Source of the DNA: Camelus dromedarius | Lineage: Eukaryota | DNA: 64,000 nt | Assembly: GCF_036321535.1 (NCBI RefSeq) | Contig: NC_087436.1 | Span: 51,214,001 to 51,278,000 of the forward strand | Reading direction: 5' to 3' | Shown here: positions 13,761 to 27,343 of the stretch, piece by piece | Numbering within the stretch: position 1 is the first letter of the stretch | How the letters are laid out: each line of letters begins with the position of its first letter | Notes under the pieces: generated by a model | What the model was told of the DNA's origin: nothing | Seen by the model: the letters and a program-made list of their open reading frames with translations, nothing else | Databases searched by the model: none | Program-made: the position numbers and the translations under genes

Positions 13761-14021
13761 GAGGGCTAGAGAGATGGAGAGAGAGAGACAGAGACATACA
13801 GAGACAGAGAGACAGAGACAGAGAGGGACAGAAGGCATGAAATGAGGTAAATCCCATCCCACTGATTAATCTGTTGGGGAACACTATTTCCGTCTTGTCT
13901 CCCTGTTGATACCTGATCAGGCTGGATATCACTATTTTGCTCTCTATACGAGAAAACGCTTAAACAACTGAAATACATAATCATCCCCTCCACAGAACTC
14001 TGTAAGTGGCTGTTTCATGTT

Positions 14022-14040
14022 TGACCACAAGAGGGCAACA
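14022..14040 (+). promoter_or_regulatory. CTCF-like motif just upstream of the last-exon branch point
   Basis: TGACCACAAGAGGGCAACA versus the CTCF core CCASYAGRKGGCR. Confidence 0.45.
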
Positions 14041-14068
14041 GTCACCTAACAATGCATCTTCCCTCTAG

Positions 14069-14218
<150 letters not shown>

Positions 14219-15790
14219 TAGGAAGTGAGAGATGGTGGTGTTCATGAAGGCATTTCGTAAATAAAAAACATCTCCAAAGGGATTTTTAAGCCGATCCTAT
14301 TTAGATAAAAGATAATTTTGTGTTCAACTGTAGGTCAAGAAAACCAATTATTGGTTTCAGATCTGTGAAATAGGCCATTATTTGTTGTTAAAATTGTTTC
14401 AAAAAGCTCTCAGTTCTAGTTTGAAAAGCCTAATAGATGAGATCTTTGGTAAACACCCACTTTTTTTTGTTTCATGAATACAAAAAATCATCACAAAGCA
14501 AGAAATGTGCATTCTGTAATCGTTTCAATATCAAGACCCAGAGTAAAATACAAACTAGGCCATATAAGCCTTTCACCATCTCTGGTCAGATCAAACATTC
14601 AAGTAGTTTCAGAATTGTTTTCTTTCAGTTAATTTGGTTTAGTGCTTTCACGAGCAAGTACATCAAAATGGGGAAGAAAATCAGAATGTACACAACATGG
14701 ATATAAGTGATTCCAAGGCCTTAATGAAGCCAGGAGAGAAAGATTGCTCATAGTTTTTGTTTTGTTTTATATTTCAGTTAGATCTTGTAGGATTGCTTTG
14801 AAAACCATCCTGAAATAATACGAATAATGAAATCAGTAAAGCTTTGTTGGCCCTGCTAAGTTCAGAGTTTGTCTGCCATTCTGTCTCGAAGTGTAAACTC
14901 CACCAGATTCCATGAAAAGCCAGAATTGTTTTCTTTTGACTTATTTTGTGCTTGTACCACAACAAATGGCAGAACAGTATGTAAAGCTGGTGACAATTCA
15001 GTTTCAATGTACAGTGTGTTTGCTTTGTGAAGGTGAAGCAGATGTTCGTTTATAGAAAGAAACTGAATGTAATTTTAAGCAATTTACTTTTAAAGATGAG
15101 CACAACTATTTAGCAGAGGGTATTTTAAGTAAATGCAAAATAACAGCTGAACGGCTGTATGTCAAACACTGATTGTCTAGAAAATGTATGTTCCTTATGG
15201 GTGATTGAGAGACATTCAGAAAGTACTTCTTTTGTATTCAGGCTGCATTTTTCCTGTGTGGTAGACCTTGCAAAAAAGTTCCACACACCGTGGTTCTGTT
15301 TCTACCTTTTATAAAAGATAGAGTTTGTTTATTCACTTAGCAGATACAGGAAGTTGGTCTACAATTGAACATCCTAACCCCAACTCACGCTCCCAAGTCA
15401 CTCAAGGAAAAATGATTTGACAGTGAAGAAAATGACTGATGAAAACCAACAAGTATCTCAGGAATCACATTTTCCCACAGGCCTTAAAATGGTGCCATGT
15501 AGCAATAAAGCAGATGTGATGAGTATCTGACATGTATGTTAATGCACATTTCACTCTATGACTGACAATTAAGAAACATTTTTTGACCAGTAGTAAACAC
15601 CTTTGAAACCATGTATTGTGTCATTCATAATTCATCTTAATATGCATTTTTTGAGTGCCTTCCGTGTACCTGGTATGAGGGAGAGGAATAGACAGTAAAT
15701 TCGTGATGTGTTTATTTCAAAAATATTCAGCAAACAAATACTATAAAATTAACTATTGTTCATTAAAATCAGTACAGATAGACTCTATTT
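14219..15790 (+). other. SLC39A8: SLC39A8 3' UTR (end inferred)
   Basis: AT-rich sequence with no obvious repeats after the stop. Candidate poly(A) signals: AATAAA 14260-14265, AATAAA 15504-15509, and ATTAAA 15762-15767 followed by a U/GU-rich tract. Confidence 0.65.
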
Positions 15791-16349
15791 TTATCATTTC
15801 ATGTGTTTACATTCAGTCTTTAGAAATAATCTTTACTACCTCTTTAAAGCACAGATTACATGTCTGGGTGAAAAGCTCTTTACGCAGTCATGTTAAAACA
15901 AGATGGTTTAGCAAACTCCCATTCGGTGTAGATCATTGTGTATGAGGACTGCCGGGGAGCTTCATGTTACCCTCTCCGTGTGTTGTCTTGTGGCCATTTT
16001 CCTCAACTGTGAGGAGAACAGAGGCAATGGGGCACGGAGACCCAAAAAGAAAAAGAAAATGGCTACTTATTAGAGGCGATGGTTGCCGGTAGGAGGAAGC
16101 ATATGGGAAGCCATGACTGAGTTTAAATTATCCTAGAAAACAAAGTGTAGACCTGTCAGTCAGCGTATCTTATGAGGCATTCATTATACCACCTGAATAC
16201 TCTATACATTTCAGGCTTTAAAGATGCAACTATGACAAACCTAAAATGATTTCAGTGCGTTATACGGGGGTGCATATTCTACTTTTGTTATTGAACTTTA
16301 TAACAATGCTTACTAATATTTGGACCTTTTTGAGTACTGAATCAGACCC

Positions 16350-16650
16350 CGTCTTCGTCTGTTTAGGCTGCTAAAGCAAAAGAACACAGACTGGGTAGGT
16401 TATGAACAACTGAAATATATTTCTTCCAGTTCTGGAGGCTGGAAATCTAAGACCCACGCACTGGCAGATTTGGGGTCTGGTTTGTAGATGGCGCCTTCTT
16501 GCTGTGTCCTCAGGTGCTGGAAGAACAAGGGATGGCTCTGGGCCGGTTTTATAAAAGCAGGAATCTCATTCATGAGGGCTCCATCCTCATGCCCTAAGTA
16601 TTTCCCAAAGCCCTTACCTCCTGATGTCATCATTGTTGGGGGAGGTTAGG
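16350..16650. mobile_element. MLT1-type (MaLR) LTR
   Basis: Characteristic ttccagttctggaggctggaaatctaag and catgagggctccatcctcatg. Confidence 0.8.
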
Positions 16651-19600
16651 ACCACAGCAGACCTCTACCAGCACTGCTCCCGTGGAGTAGAACCCATCCA
16701 AGGAGCAGAAGAACCCAGGCTCACAACGACAGGTTATTCTCGTGCTCACAGGTCTGCCGATGAGCGGGCCCAGCCTGGGCTCCGCAGGGCGGCTCAGGGC
16801 AGCTGCGGGTCATCTGGGTTGGGCCACTGGAGCAGGAGGCGCTGCAGAGTCTCAGGACAAAGGGCAGAGCAACTCTACAGCAAGGGGAGAGCCAGGAGTA
16901 CACGTGGGTGCAATCCACCTACACAGGTTTCCTGTTCCATTGTACTTAGAAAATCCACCCAAAGTTCCCACAACCACTTTCGTGTTTGAACTTTAATATT
17001 TATTCTGATTCCTTTTTAAGAGAACATTATTTTCTTTCCCTTACCAGTGACAGTTACTACGTGTAGTTATGTGGCTGTGACACTGGTTTGCTCTAAGTCA
17101 GGATAATCTGTGTTCCCTCGGTTCTCAAGTCTGACCCGGCCACGTTCACGTCTCCAGCAGTTGCTCAGCGGAACCAGCACGAGAGTCCAGTTAGAGAACA
17201 GGCCTTGACTACTGAACAGCATTTTACGATGAACTCTAGACGCTTAGTATTTCAGACCCACCCCATCTAAAAGGGTTTCTTTACCCAGGAGCTTACATTT
17301 TTGAAAAATGAGTTAATTGGGAAGCACCAAAACAAGCCCTGTGAGTTTACCAGGTAATTGGCATAGGTGGATTAACAGAATTATTGATGGCCTGTGGCAG
17401 GGAACGGTAACTGCCAACCTGTCCTCCACACTCTGATTGGCATCGCCTTCCTTTGGGGCTCACTTTGGTTTTTTAGCAATAGGCTATCATGGTTTCCAGA
17501 CTCCCTCTGTGTGTACTTAAGCTCCATTACAGTACAAGAGGTTGACAATACAAGAGGTTCTAATCCTGAAACAAAAAACTCCTTAACACTGATGTTGCTA
17601 CAGCTGCTTTCTGTGACGCGGGGCCTTCCTCCAGCTGTGGGTTGCAATACCTGTGTTAGACTGCATTTCCCTTCATATTTTAACATTTCCAAAGGATCTG
17701 CCAGAATCATAGGCAACCAGGTGGTATTGTGTGAAAATGAAAATCATTTGTTGGAATCTGGTAAGGCCAAGAAAATGCCAGCATCATTGTATTTAGGATA
17801 TGATGGTGCAGAATAACAGATGCATGAAGATGTTTGCTTTCCTGCCTGTAACAAAGTGTGGAAGCAGCAGAGCAGGGCTGGCATGGCGGGTCCCCGGTCT
17901 TTGGGTCCCCAGGCTTCTTTGACTTGTAATCTTTGGCTTCTGACTTCAAGATTACCTCACGTTCTAAGGTGTTTGCTAGAGAGACCCAGCCTTGAAGTCT
18001 AAATTCCACATAGCAGGAAGGAGAAATCGGTGGAAAGACAAAAATTTCACACCCAGCTCTTCATCCTCTTTACATGAACATTCACAGAAGTAACACACAA
18101 CAAGCTCCACTTAAAGTCACGTACCGACTTAGTCTCAGGTCACCCCAACTTGCAGGAGAAGCTGGGAAATGTTGCTTTTAGCTGGATGTACCTCCATCAA
18201 TAAAATCAGGGTTCTGTTTGTAAAAAGAAGCCAACAATGATGCTGGAGAGCCAGTGGCTGTGTCAGTGAAGACGGGTTTTTGCATCTGGCTCACTTGGGA
18301 ACTTACTATTCAAGATGGTTCTGACACAGCCAGTTCAAGAACCGCTTCTTGTGGGATTTCTCAGGACTTCTTTCAGATTAGCTCCTTGACTCTTTGGCCA
18401 TTTTAATTATACTGGCCCACCTGACCAATCTTACCTGACAAACAGTATTGTACATACACTCGTGTACTTATCTTTCTAGTTTCTCTGTCTCAGCCTGTTG
18501 TGAGTACTGTTTATTTACCTTGGAGACATCCAGTGTGTATTTACCTTGAAGACATCCTGTGTTTTTCACTGGATGGTCTAAATTCTAAAACAACAGCAAA
18601 AACAACCCCCACTTATTTTCTATGAACTTAACACTTCTGATTGCTGGGCTCAAATCTAGAATTGTGAAACTCAGTAGAAACTGGCAAAAAATAAAGTTAA
18701 AAAATTATTTCCCCCTCCTCTCTGTGGGTCATAGTAGCTATGTAGCATGAGCAAAGTTGGACCAGAAATGTTGCCGTCTGATTTTTGTAGATAATTAGAT
18801 GAGCTACTGGTAACGCCAAATCTCATGTCATTTAGTTCGGGTGTATGCAGCAAGATTACCGAAGAATTGTTTCCATGGACAGGGCTTATATGTTTTAAAC
18901 TTTATATGAAGGTTTAATTCCTATTGCAGTGACTGTGCATGGTGGCCCCACGCTGTATAGACCTAGCTGTGGTAAAACCCCAGTAGGGCAACATGTGGAT
19001 AATTTATGACCATGCTTATGGTCACCAAAGGGATATTTGATCAGGAGTCATGGGAAAGGAAAATGAAGATGAAATATTTTGAATTACATGGGAAATTACA
19101 TAGGAAGAATTCAGATCAGAACTACTTCCCTTCCTCATAAGGCTGAGGAAGTTTATAAAACCTGTCTCATTCTGTATTTTGTGATATGCTCCACCAGCAG
19201 GCCCCCTAGACAGCCCAGCAGGGGCCGCTGCAGCTCTGATGGATGCAGAGGACTGGTGTCTGACTCCCTTCCTGAAAACAGAGAGGCTAAGAGGAGGCTG
19301 GCAGGTGGCTTTGGAGGTCCAGTGAGGAGAGTTGCTGGTGCAAAGGAGAGGAGAGTGGGGACAGAGTATGGCTTTCCTTGACTCTCTTCCACGGGGTTCC
19401 TGGGAGTCACCTGTGTTGCTCAACTGAAGGGCAGCCCCTCTCCCTAAAGCCATCTCCAGAGTGGAGATTCTTATTCTACCTGTGATGAAGGGCCACTTTC
19501 TTATTTCCAATTTGTCACAGGTTGGTACTTTTGTAAATAGAATGCAAAGGAATTACCAGAAAATATAAAATAAAATTTAAAATAAAGACAGAATCAAAAT

Positions 19601-20995
19601 CATTTTATTATTATTAGATACAACGGACATACAATTGTGTTACTGAATTGCTATTGAAAATTGTAAATGCTTACTCAGTTTCTGTGCCAAGCTCATCTAA
19701 GCAACAGTTGCTGGATCCTTTCCTTTGCTTCTGGTCATCACCCTCTCTCTGTTCCCTTGGCCTGGGGTAGTAACAGCTCTGCTGCAGTTTGCCCTGGTTC
19801 CATGCCATGGTTTCCTCAAGTCCCATCTGCATTTTTTATAATGAGATCCTTTGTGAATAAATGGACCCGTCTCACCTTGTTCTAGGTTGAGTGGCCCGTT
19901 GTTTTTCTTGTGAGTGGGGCTGATCAGCAGAAGGCATCTTACCGTGAATTTGGTGGAAAAAGTAAAACACTAAAGTGGGTCAATGGAAGGAAAGTTATTA
20001 CCATTTGAAAGCAAACTGAAAATTTGTAGGAATTAAAGATGATGGGAAAATACGCACTAAATGTTCTTGGTTAACAGAATGGAACTGGGTTTGATTAACT
20101 TGTGTGAGTAACTGTTACAACAGGGAAGAATATCTAGGATGCTTTGAGAGACTAGCTAAGAAGAAGGCTTATATTCCTGGCAGATAAATACCTTTTAAAT
20201 AGATAAAAGATTGTGCCTATCCGTGGGGCACCACTTCCTTAAACATCATTTCTTTTTAAACGAAGACAAACAGTACAGATTCTAGATGGGAAAGATATTT
20301 CTCTACATGCTTACTGAATAAACAGTTTGTGATTTATTGAGATTTTTTTCCCCCATGTAGATGTATCATACTCCCTCACTTAAAATGTACTCTTTACTAT
20401 GCGGCATATTCAGTTGAGGAAAGCAGGGACCCAGCTTATCATCTTAGAGCTCGGAGGCTCCTCCTGTTCGCAGCAGACATCTGTGAATAGATGATGTTTT
20501 TCCTTTGGGAGTCATCCTATTTGTTAGCCTTACTGTTATTATCCTTGTAATTAAATGCGGGGTTGTTAACGAACGTGGAAACCCTGATTTTAGAAATCTT
20601 AGAAACTGTTGGGAAGGTACGTCATAGGCATCTTTCCCCTTTCTCCACCCTTGCTTTCAATTAAAGTCTTTTCATTTGCAAAAACTGAGCCTCAGAATTT
20701 TACATGAGCATATTATAGAAGGACACGTGAGAACACTCACCTGAACCACCGTAGTGATCTCTTGGGGTCTGAAGGTGAAAACCGTTCAAAACATTTTAGA
20801 ATAGTGAATATTAGAGACACGTTTATAAAGTAAGAGTTGAGTGGCCCTCCACCTATGCAGGGACAAAACTGGTGAAAGTGCGAGTAAAGCCATTGCCGAC
20901 AAGTTCGGAGTAATGGACGTCTGTTAGTTTTCCTGCTCACCTTGACTCCGCCCTTCTGCCTGTAACCGCCTCACTCTTCCTCTTAGAAACTGGCT

Positions 20996-21014
20996 GCTCC
21001 GCCCCCTAGTGGCT
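20996..21014 (-). promoter_or_regulatory. Strong CTCF motif
   Basis: Minus strand reads AGCCACTAGGGGGCGGAGC, a near-perfect match to the CTCF core CCACYAGGGGGCG. Confidence 0.7.
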
Positions 21015-23543
21015 GTGGAGGTCTGTGCAAGGAGCTGGGCACATCACCTGGCTGGACCAATCACAGTCTTTCCACAGAACTTCCCACACTGGAGGGGAAG
21101 AGCCAGAGCTCTCCAGGGACTCCAGAGCTGCCGGTGGTCACACCTTCGGCATGAGGAGAAACCTGAGAAAAAGGAGACTGACGCTCACAGAGAAGTAGAT
21201 GATGATACGGGTGAAGACTGAGGTGGAGAGAGAGAGTTATTGTCGTCCACGGTTGAAGTCTCTGACATCCTCAGTATGTTTCTGTTTTTTCCTGCAATTC
21301 CTTTAGTTTTGTGAGTTATCCAAGTTATTCCAAGATCTCAATAAGACCTTTCTTCTTTTGGCTTTAGATAATTGTATTTGAGTTTCTGTTACTTGCACAC
21401 GAAGGCTTTCTAACTAATACAGCAGTTAAATACTGAGATTTTAATTTTAAACACAATTTCTAGCTCTTAAATTTAGTACACTTTTTGGACCCGCTCCCCA
21501 TCCCCCACGTCAAAGTTTGGGGATCAACTTCCTATTTTGGGCAGAGTGTAGCAAAATCTCCATAATGTGCCACTAGAGGTGCTCAAAAGTCTTTCAAAAC
21601 TTGCAGGTCATCTGAGATTCATTTTTATTTCACTTTGGAATATAGAAACATTGTAGATGTTTTAATTTTTGTGTTTAGCCCTGCTAGTACCTCAGAAATG
21701 GCGATTGTCCCTCAGTGGTGACTAAAAGGGAGGGTAACATTTGATGCCACTGAAAAGCTTTGGAGCTAAAGAGGATCTCACTATGCAATCTAAACAACCT
21801 AGGGTCCAGAACAGATAACGATGTTGAAATAATGTTCTATGTATAAAAACATTTTTAATAGCAGAAGCAGGAGAGCAGAAAGAGTAACTTACATGCCTTG
21901 ACAAGCCATGCAAAATCAGACTTTTTAGATAACTCCCAGGAAGATGTTTTATGTAGGATATGAATCTAGGCCATACTTCATACACTATGTATTCACAGAA
22001 AAATGCAGTTTCTTAGCAACCATCACCTGGCTGTCAAGTTATTACTTGATTTTTACAGACACCTGGCTTTTTTAGGCATATACATCACTAGTACATAAGC
22101 ATAATATCTAGGTTAGTGTTTGAATAATTACATGTCACTTTTTTTAAACAAATAATATTTAAAAAATTAACCATTCAAACTTAAACTCTTTAAAAAAAAT
22201 AAGATAGACCATTGCAGGGAATGAGAAAAAAGAATTCTGAGCTTGTTCTCCTGTGAATGAATGAATTCATTCATTTGTTCAATAAAACATATTTGATGTC
22301 TACTGATGTCAGGCCCAGAGGATGCAAAGGTGTATCAGCTCATGTCTGATCTCAGGAGGATCATGGGGGAACAGTCACATAAAATTCAATGATCTCACAA
22401 ATCATGGGTGTTAGACAGAAACACAGACAGACAGACAGACATTCAGGCAAATAGTAATTGAGCACAAGTGGGGGAATTCTCTTTAGATTGGAGTGGGAAT
22501 CGATCAGGCAGTTCTTCACAGAGGAGGTTACTTTTGATTATTTGACTTTGGTTTTGATGAATATGTCTAATTCCTTTCTGATTAGACCCTTTCTCCCTTC
22601 CAAGAACTTCCTTCTGTGACTTAACTCAACATGGAACACTTCTGCAATTAATGGTGCTAAATGTTGCTTTTGGGGTCATCAGAATGATACTTCTGGTATC
22701 AACACACTGGTATTATTTACACTGTGTCTATTTAATAAATATCCCTTGATACCAAATGCATACATTTTGGTATCATTTACACCACTGTGGAGTATAAATA
22801 TGTGAGAGGTGAGATGTTCCAGATAATACAATTACTTCTAATACAGTAAGAAAGGCAATGTAAATGATTAAATCACCATAAACTGAAAAAAAACCCAACA
22901 ACAAAACAGGCTACTTAGCAGTATGCCCTCTACAACCCCAATTTTTCTTTATACAGATGTGTGTATAATAGATACAGATGAGAAAGATAATTTTCTAGTG
23001 CATCAGTAGGGGGTTTCTCTGTTTGTGGGGTTATGAACTACTTTAAATTGGCTCTTTGTGAAATATTAACATTTTCTTCAATAAATATGCATACACTAGT
23101 GTTTTAGAAGAAGAAATCTCAGTTGGTGGGATAAGAATCATTCAAAATTTGCTGTTTTTAATAGTTTCAATTTTCTTCAGTGAACATTTATTCTAAGACA
23201 ATTAACAAATGCAACTGAAAGAAAGAAGAAAACCTCACAACTTGGAGGACAGAAAAATTTTGGAGAGCATAATAATGGATGTGCTTAGTATCTTGCAACA
23301 TTTCTTCTCTTTATCAGTCCAGGTCATAATTGAACTCTCTGGAGCATTTCACCTCCAAATTCCTGCAATTCCAGCCGCTTCAGTAGTGATTGGTGAGGCA
23401 CATGACACAGTTTCTGACCTCTGAGGTAGGACAATGTGTGTGCTGGAAGTTTTTCAAAAGGAGTGAGGAAGAGGGAAGAGGTACCCTCTGCTTCCTTGAG
23501 ACATTGTGTGTAGCTGTGATGTCTGGAACAGCTGTTTTGCTAC

Positions 23544-23950
23544 TGTTATGAATTGAATTGGGTCCTCCCCCCTTAAAAAAAAAGCTATGTTGGAATCCTA
23601 ATCCCTAGTGTCTCTAAAATCCCTAGCAGATTCCTAATCTGCTGGGACTAGTGTTGTTATGAAAAGGGGAATTTTGGACACAGATACGCACACAGGAAGA
23701 ACACCATGAAAAAAGGAAGGCAGAGATTGGGGTGATGCCTCTACAAGCAAAGGAATGCCAAAGATTGCCATCAAACCCCCAGAAGCTAGGAAAGAGGCGT
23801 GACACAGGCTTTCCTTCACAGCCCTTAGAAAGGGCTAACGCTATGCACACCTTGATCTTGGACTTCTAGACTCGAGAACTGTAAGACCACATGCTTCTGT
23901 TGCTTAAGCCCCTGGTCTGTGGCACTTTGTATGGCAGCCCTAGCAAACGA
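23544..23950. mobile_element. MLT1C/D-like LTR, apparently inside an older MLT1 fragment
   Basis: tgttatgaattgaat...gaagctaggaaagaggc...cttgatcttggacttctag...atggcagccctagcaaac. Confidence 0.8.
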
Positions 23951-24294
23951 AAGCAGCCACCTTGAGAGGAATAACATGAGGACAAATGCGATGTGCTGAG
24001 GACGCAAGGTAAAACATGGAACTGTGGTCGAGAATGACATCCGTAGCAGTTTAACTAACAGAGCTCCTCCTGGGAGTCCCACTTCCTTGGGACTTCTTGA
24101 CATATGTAATAATCACTTTTCCTAGTCATGCAAACCCTTTTGAGTTGCTTTCGATTACTAGCAATTAAAGCAAACTAACTGATTCAGCCCTCCTCGGTGA
24201 CCACTGTTGTAATCCAAATTCTGATGTCCAACTCTGCCTGCTGGGCACGCTACTCCACTGGTCCCCCAGATGTCTCTGTGTGTCTCAACTCAAA

Positions 24295-25000
24295 AGGGAT
24301 CGTGCAGCATTCATCTATCATGACAGGATTACTTCACTTAGCATAATGTCCTCCAGGTCCATTCGTGTTGTCACATATTGCAGAATTTCTTTCAGTTTTT
24401 AAGGCTGAATAATATTTCATTCATTGTATAGCACATTGTCTTTATCCAATCACCCATTAATGGACATTTAGGTTGTTTCCGTAACTTGGCTACAGTGAAT
24501 AATGCTGTTGTGAACATGGCAGCATTAATAGCTCTTCAAGGTTCTGACTTCAATACTTCTGCATAAGTACCTAGAAATGGGAGGGCTAGATCATAGTAGT
24601 TCTATTTTTAATTTTTTGAAGAAATTACATACTGTTTTCCACAGTGGCCACATCATTTTGTGTTCTAACAACAGTTTACAGAGGCCCCAGTTTCTCCACA
24701 TGCTTGTCAACACTTGTTGCCTTTGGCTTCTGCATGATTCCATTTATCTAAAGTGTCTTATCTACAGGCATCTAAAATAGTGAAAATCATAGAATCCAGG
24801 AGTGGAATGGTGGTTGCCAGGAGCCGGGAGGAGGGGGAAATAGAGATTTGATCACCAACCGGCGTAAACTTTCAGTTAAGCAAGCAGAGTAAATTCTAGA
24901 GATCTGCCCGACAACGTTGCACCCAGGGTTAACAATACTGTGTTGTACAACTAAACACTGTGGGGAGGGTGGATGTCACACTCACGGTTCTTTCCACACA
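24295..25000. mobile_element. Old L1 3' fragment with a 5' inversion
   Basis: About 24295-24720 reads as antisense L1 ORF2/3' sequence; about 24730-25000 reads as sense L1 3' UTR (gaatggtggttgccagg...aacaatactgtgttgtac). Confidence 0.65.
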
Positions 25001-25189
25001 CACCCACACACACTGAAGAGGAACAGAGGGCTAAACCATTTTCTGCACACACCACCTACCCCGGCCCCCACCAGACTCCCTGCTTCTGTGAAACCAGAAG
25101 GAAGGGTGTTATCACAGTAGGAGCGTTTAGATAGCTAAATTTTATGAGAAAAACCAGACAGACCAGTTTTTTCATCGTTGTATGTTCCC

Positions 25190-25790
25190 TGCTTGCCAGC
25201 GCTTCCCAGCCGCCGCAGCGCAGGAGGGCAGCGGTCCCAGGCCCGTGCTCTGACTCATCATTTTTTGGAGTTAGCTTTGGCCCTGGGACCTCTAGAACCG
25301 AGGAAGCGTAGCCGTTTCCCTGCTCCGCTTTGGCGGAGAGAAGCTTCGGTGAGTTGAGAGGTTGGAAGTGATCTCCAAGAGGAAGAGAGAAAAGGAAGTG
25401 CCTAACGCCACTAGGTCCGGGAAGTCAGAGGGCGATCTCCTGACGTGCAGGCGGGCGGGGGTGCGAGAGCTGGCGCTGGGGAACTCTCTGTCCCGTCCAG
25501 CCGTGTCGCGATGCCAGCTGTCCCCGCACGGGAACTGGGGCCCCTGCCTTTTGCTGAGGGGGTTAAGATTCCTAGGACCCCCTCATCTTCATGTGGCTTC
25601 CCTGGGCCTCTAAGGAGCTAAACTAACGCACCCCTCCAATGGGAGACGGGATGTGGATTTAGGGGAAGAGGGTAATTCTCACTCGCCGCAGAAGCTCTCC
25701 AGCCCCTGATTTCCAGGCGGGAGTCCTGATTGGCTGCCCTGCTTCCACTTGCATCGTGGGTCATGGGCTTGAATGACTTCCTGACGACAG
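25190..25790. promoter_or_regulatory. Orphan CpG island / promoter-like element
   Basis: About 33 CpGs by hand count in ~600 bp, far above the flanks. Contains GC box GGGCGGGG (25453-25460), TGACGT (25441-25446), several GGAAGT, CCAAT and ATTGG boxes, and a consensus donor CG|GTGAGT at 25349. Confidence 0.75.
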
Positions 25791-25950
25791 CTTGGGATTT
25801 CTGCCCTGGGATGTTGGTATGGAATCTCATTTACTCATTTATTGCAGAAATGGTGGTGAATGGAGGGAAAGGGATTTTTGAAGGTGGTATTTTTCTGCTG
25901 ACGAAATAAAGAATGGGAAGTGTCTTCCTTGAGTGGTTTGTCAAACTGCA

Positions 25951-26103
25951 ATGAATGATTAGTAAGCTATCCTCACAGAACTAGTGAAAGTAAAAAACTT
26001 TCTTAAAAAGCACTCAGAGGATACAAAGAAACTAGATCATCCTTTAACCTGGTTTTGAAATGTAGAACCTGCCATTGCTATTTCAAGATCAGGATAAAAA
26101 TAG
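25951..26103 (+). pseudogene. Candidate pseudo-exon next to the CpG island
   Basis: Frame from 25951: MND**AILTELVKVKNFLKKHSEDTKKLDHPLTWF*NVE..., ending at donor AG|gtaatt (26104). Resembles the 'IL-KK-P--RT--EL-----LR' helix that precedes CNB domains. Confidence 0.3.
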
Positions 26104-27343
26104 GTAATTTTGAGTAGAGAACCTTTTATTAAATATACCACTTTTTTTTTTTGGCTGGTCTGTTGTCAATCAATCAATCAATCAATATTAGCCAATAAGT
26201 GCTTCTACTATTTTAAATTCTAAGTTTTTTATTTCTTTCATGTACGTCTTAACACTGCCGCTTACTAAGTGGTTCGTCTGTTAAAAGTAATTTTCCTTTT
26301 GAAATTTCTCCTGTGTATGTAATTAGAAAAACTAATTTCTGGGGTAACTATAGAAATATTTCCTCATTAAAAATTTACTGTGAGCTTATTTCAGGTACTT
26401 AAACTTTTAGATTTGATCTTATATCATTAAAAACATTTCTCTACAGTTGTTTTTTAGTTAATTAATTTTCAATTATTTAGTTTTTTTTTTTTAATTGTAG
26501 AAATAGCAGATGTGTTGAAGAGGGAATGACTTTGAAATTCCTACCTCTGATACCTACTTATTATGTGAACTTGGTTACACTTTTCTGAACCGCAGTTTCC
26601 TCATCTAGAAAGCAGGGATAATAATTTCTATCTCACAGGATTAAAAGTAACCTTGCATAATATATATATCTGGTATACAGTAGACATTCAACTTGTAGTA
26701 TTTTAAAAGCTTCTTCATTCTCTGAATTTCACTTAAGGATAACAAATTGTTTCTATTTCATGGTAACAATACCATAGAGCTATTAATATTTACAAAAAAC
26801 TTTAATGGAGGGTATTTTTAAGGTTTCACTATTACACTAAATTTGCATTTTTTGAAAGTATATATATGTAGCAGGAATATTACTGATATCACTTTATAAG
26901 ATGAATGCTTAAATGATACTTTCACTTAAAATATTGTTTTATAATAGGTACTTAAGATTAGTGGGATCCCTGCCTAGATTCAGATGGATTCATGCAATGA
27001 CTTAGTCGTCATCTTGACCTTGCCTGACAGACAACTTTGCTTTGATTTTAATTCTTTGATAATTTCCCGTTTCTTTGTGATTTTCAGACACACATTACTC
27101 AAAATGCTACAGATATTTTTTCCTTTCCTATACTGCCTCTGATGGAAGAAATATGGTTCAGTGTTACACTAATAATAATAATTGTACAGAACTTTGTGTT
27201 CATCAGGTTTTCTCTATATCTATTATTATTTCATTGTCATATTAACTCTGCACAGTACAAGGGACAAAAAATATTCAGATGAAGAGAGTAAACCCCAAAG
27301 AAACTGTGATTTGTCTGAAAGTATATGCAGGATCTGGGATTCA

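Noticed and set aside
16624..19510. Longer ORFs (121, 140 and 162 aa)
   Set aside because: No recognisable domain or exon structure; several overlap LTR-like or GC-rich sequence, and such lengths occur by chance.
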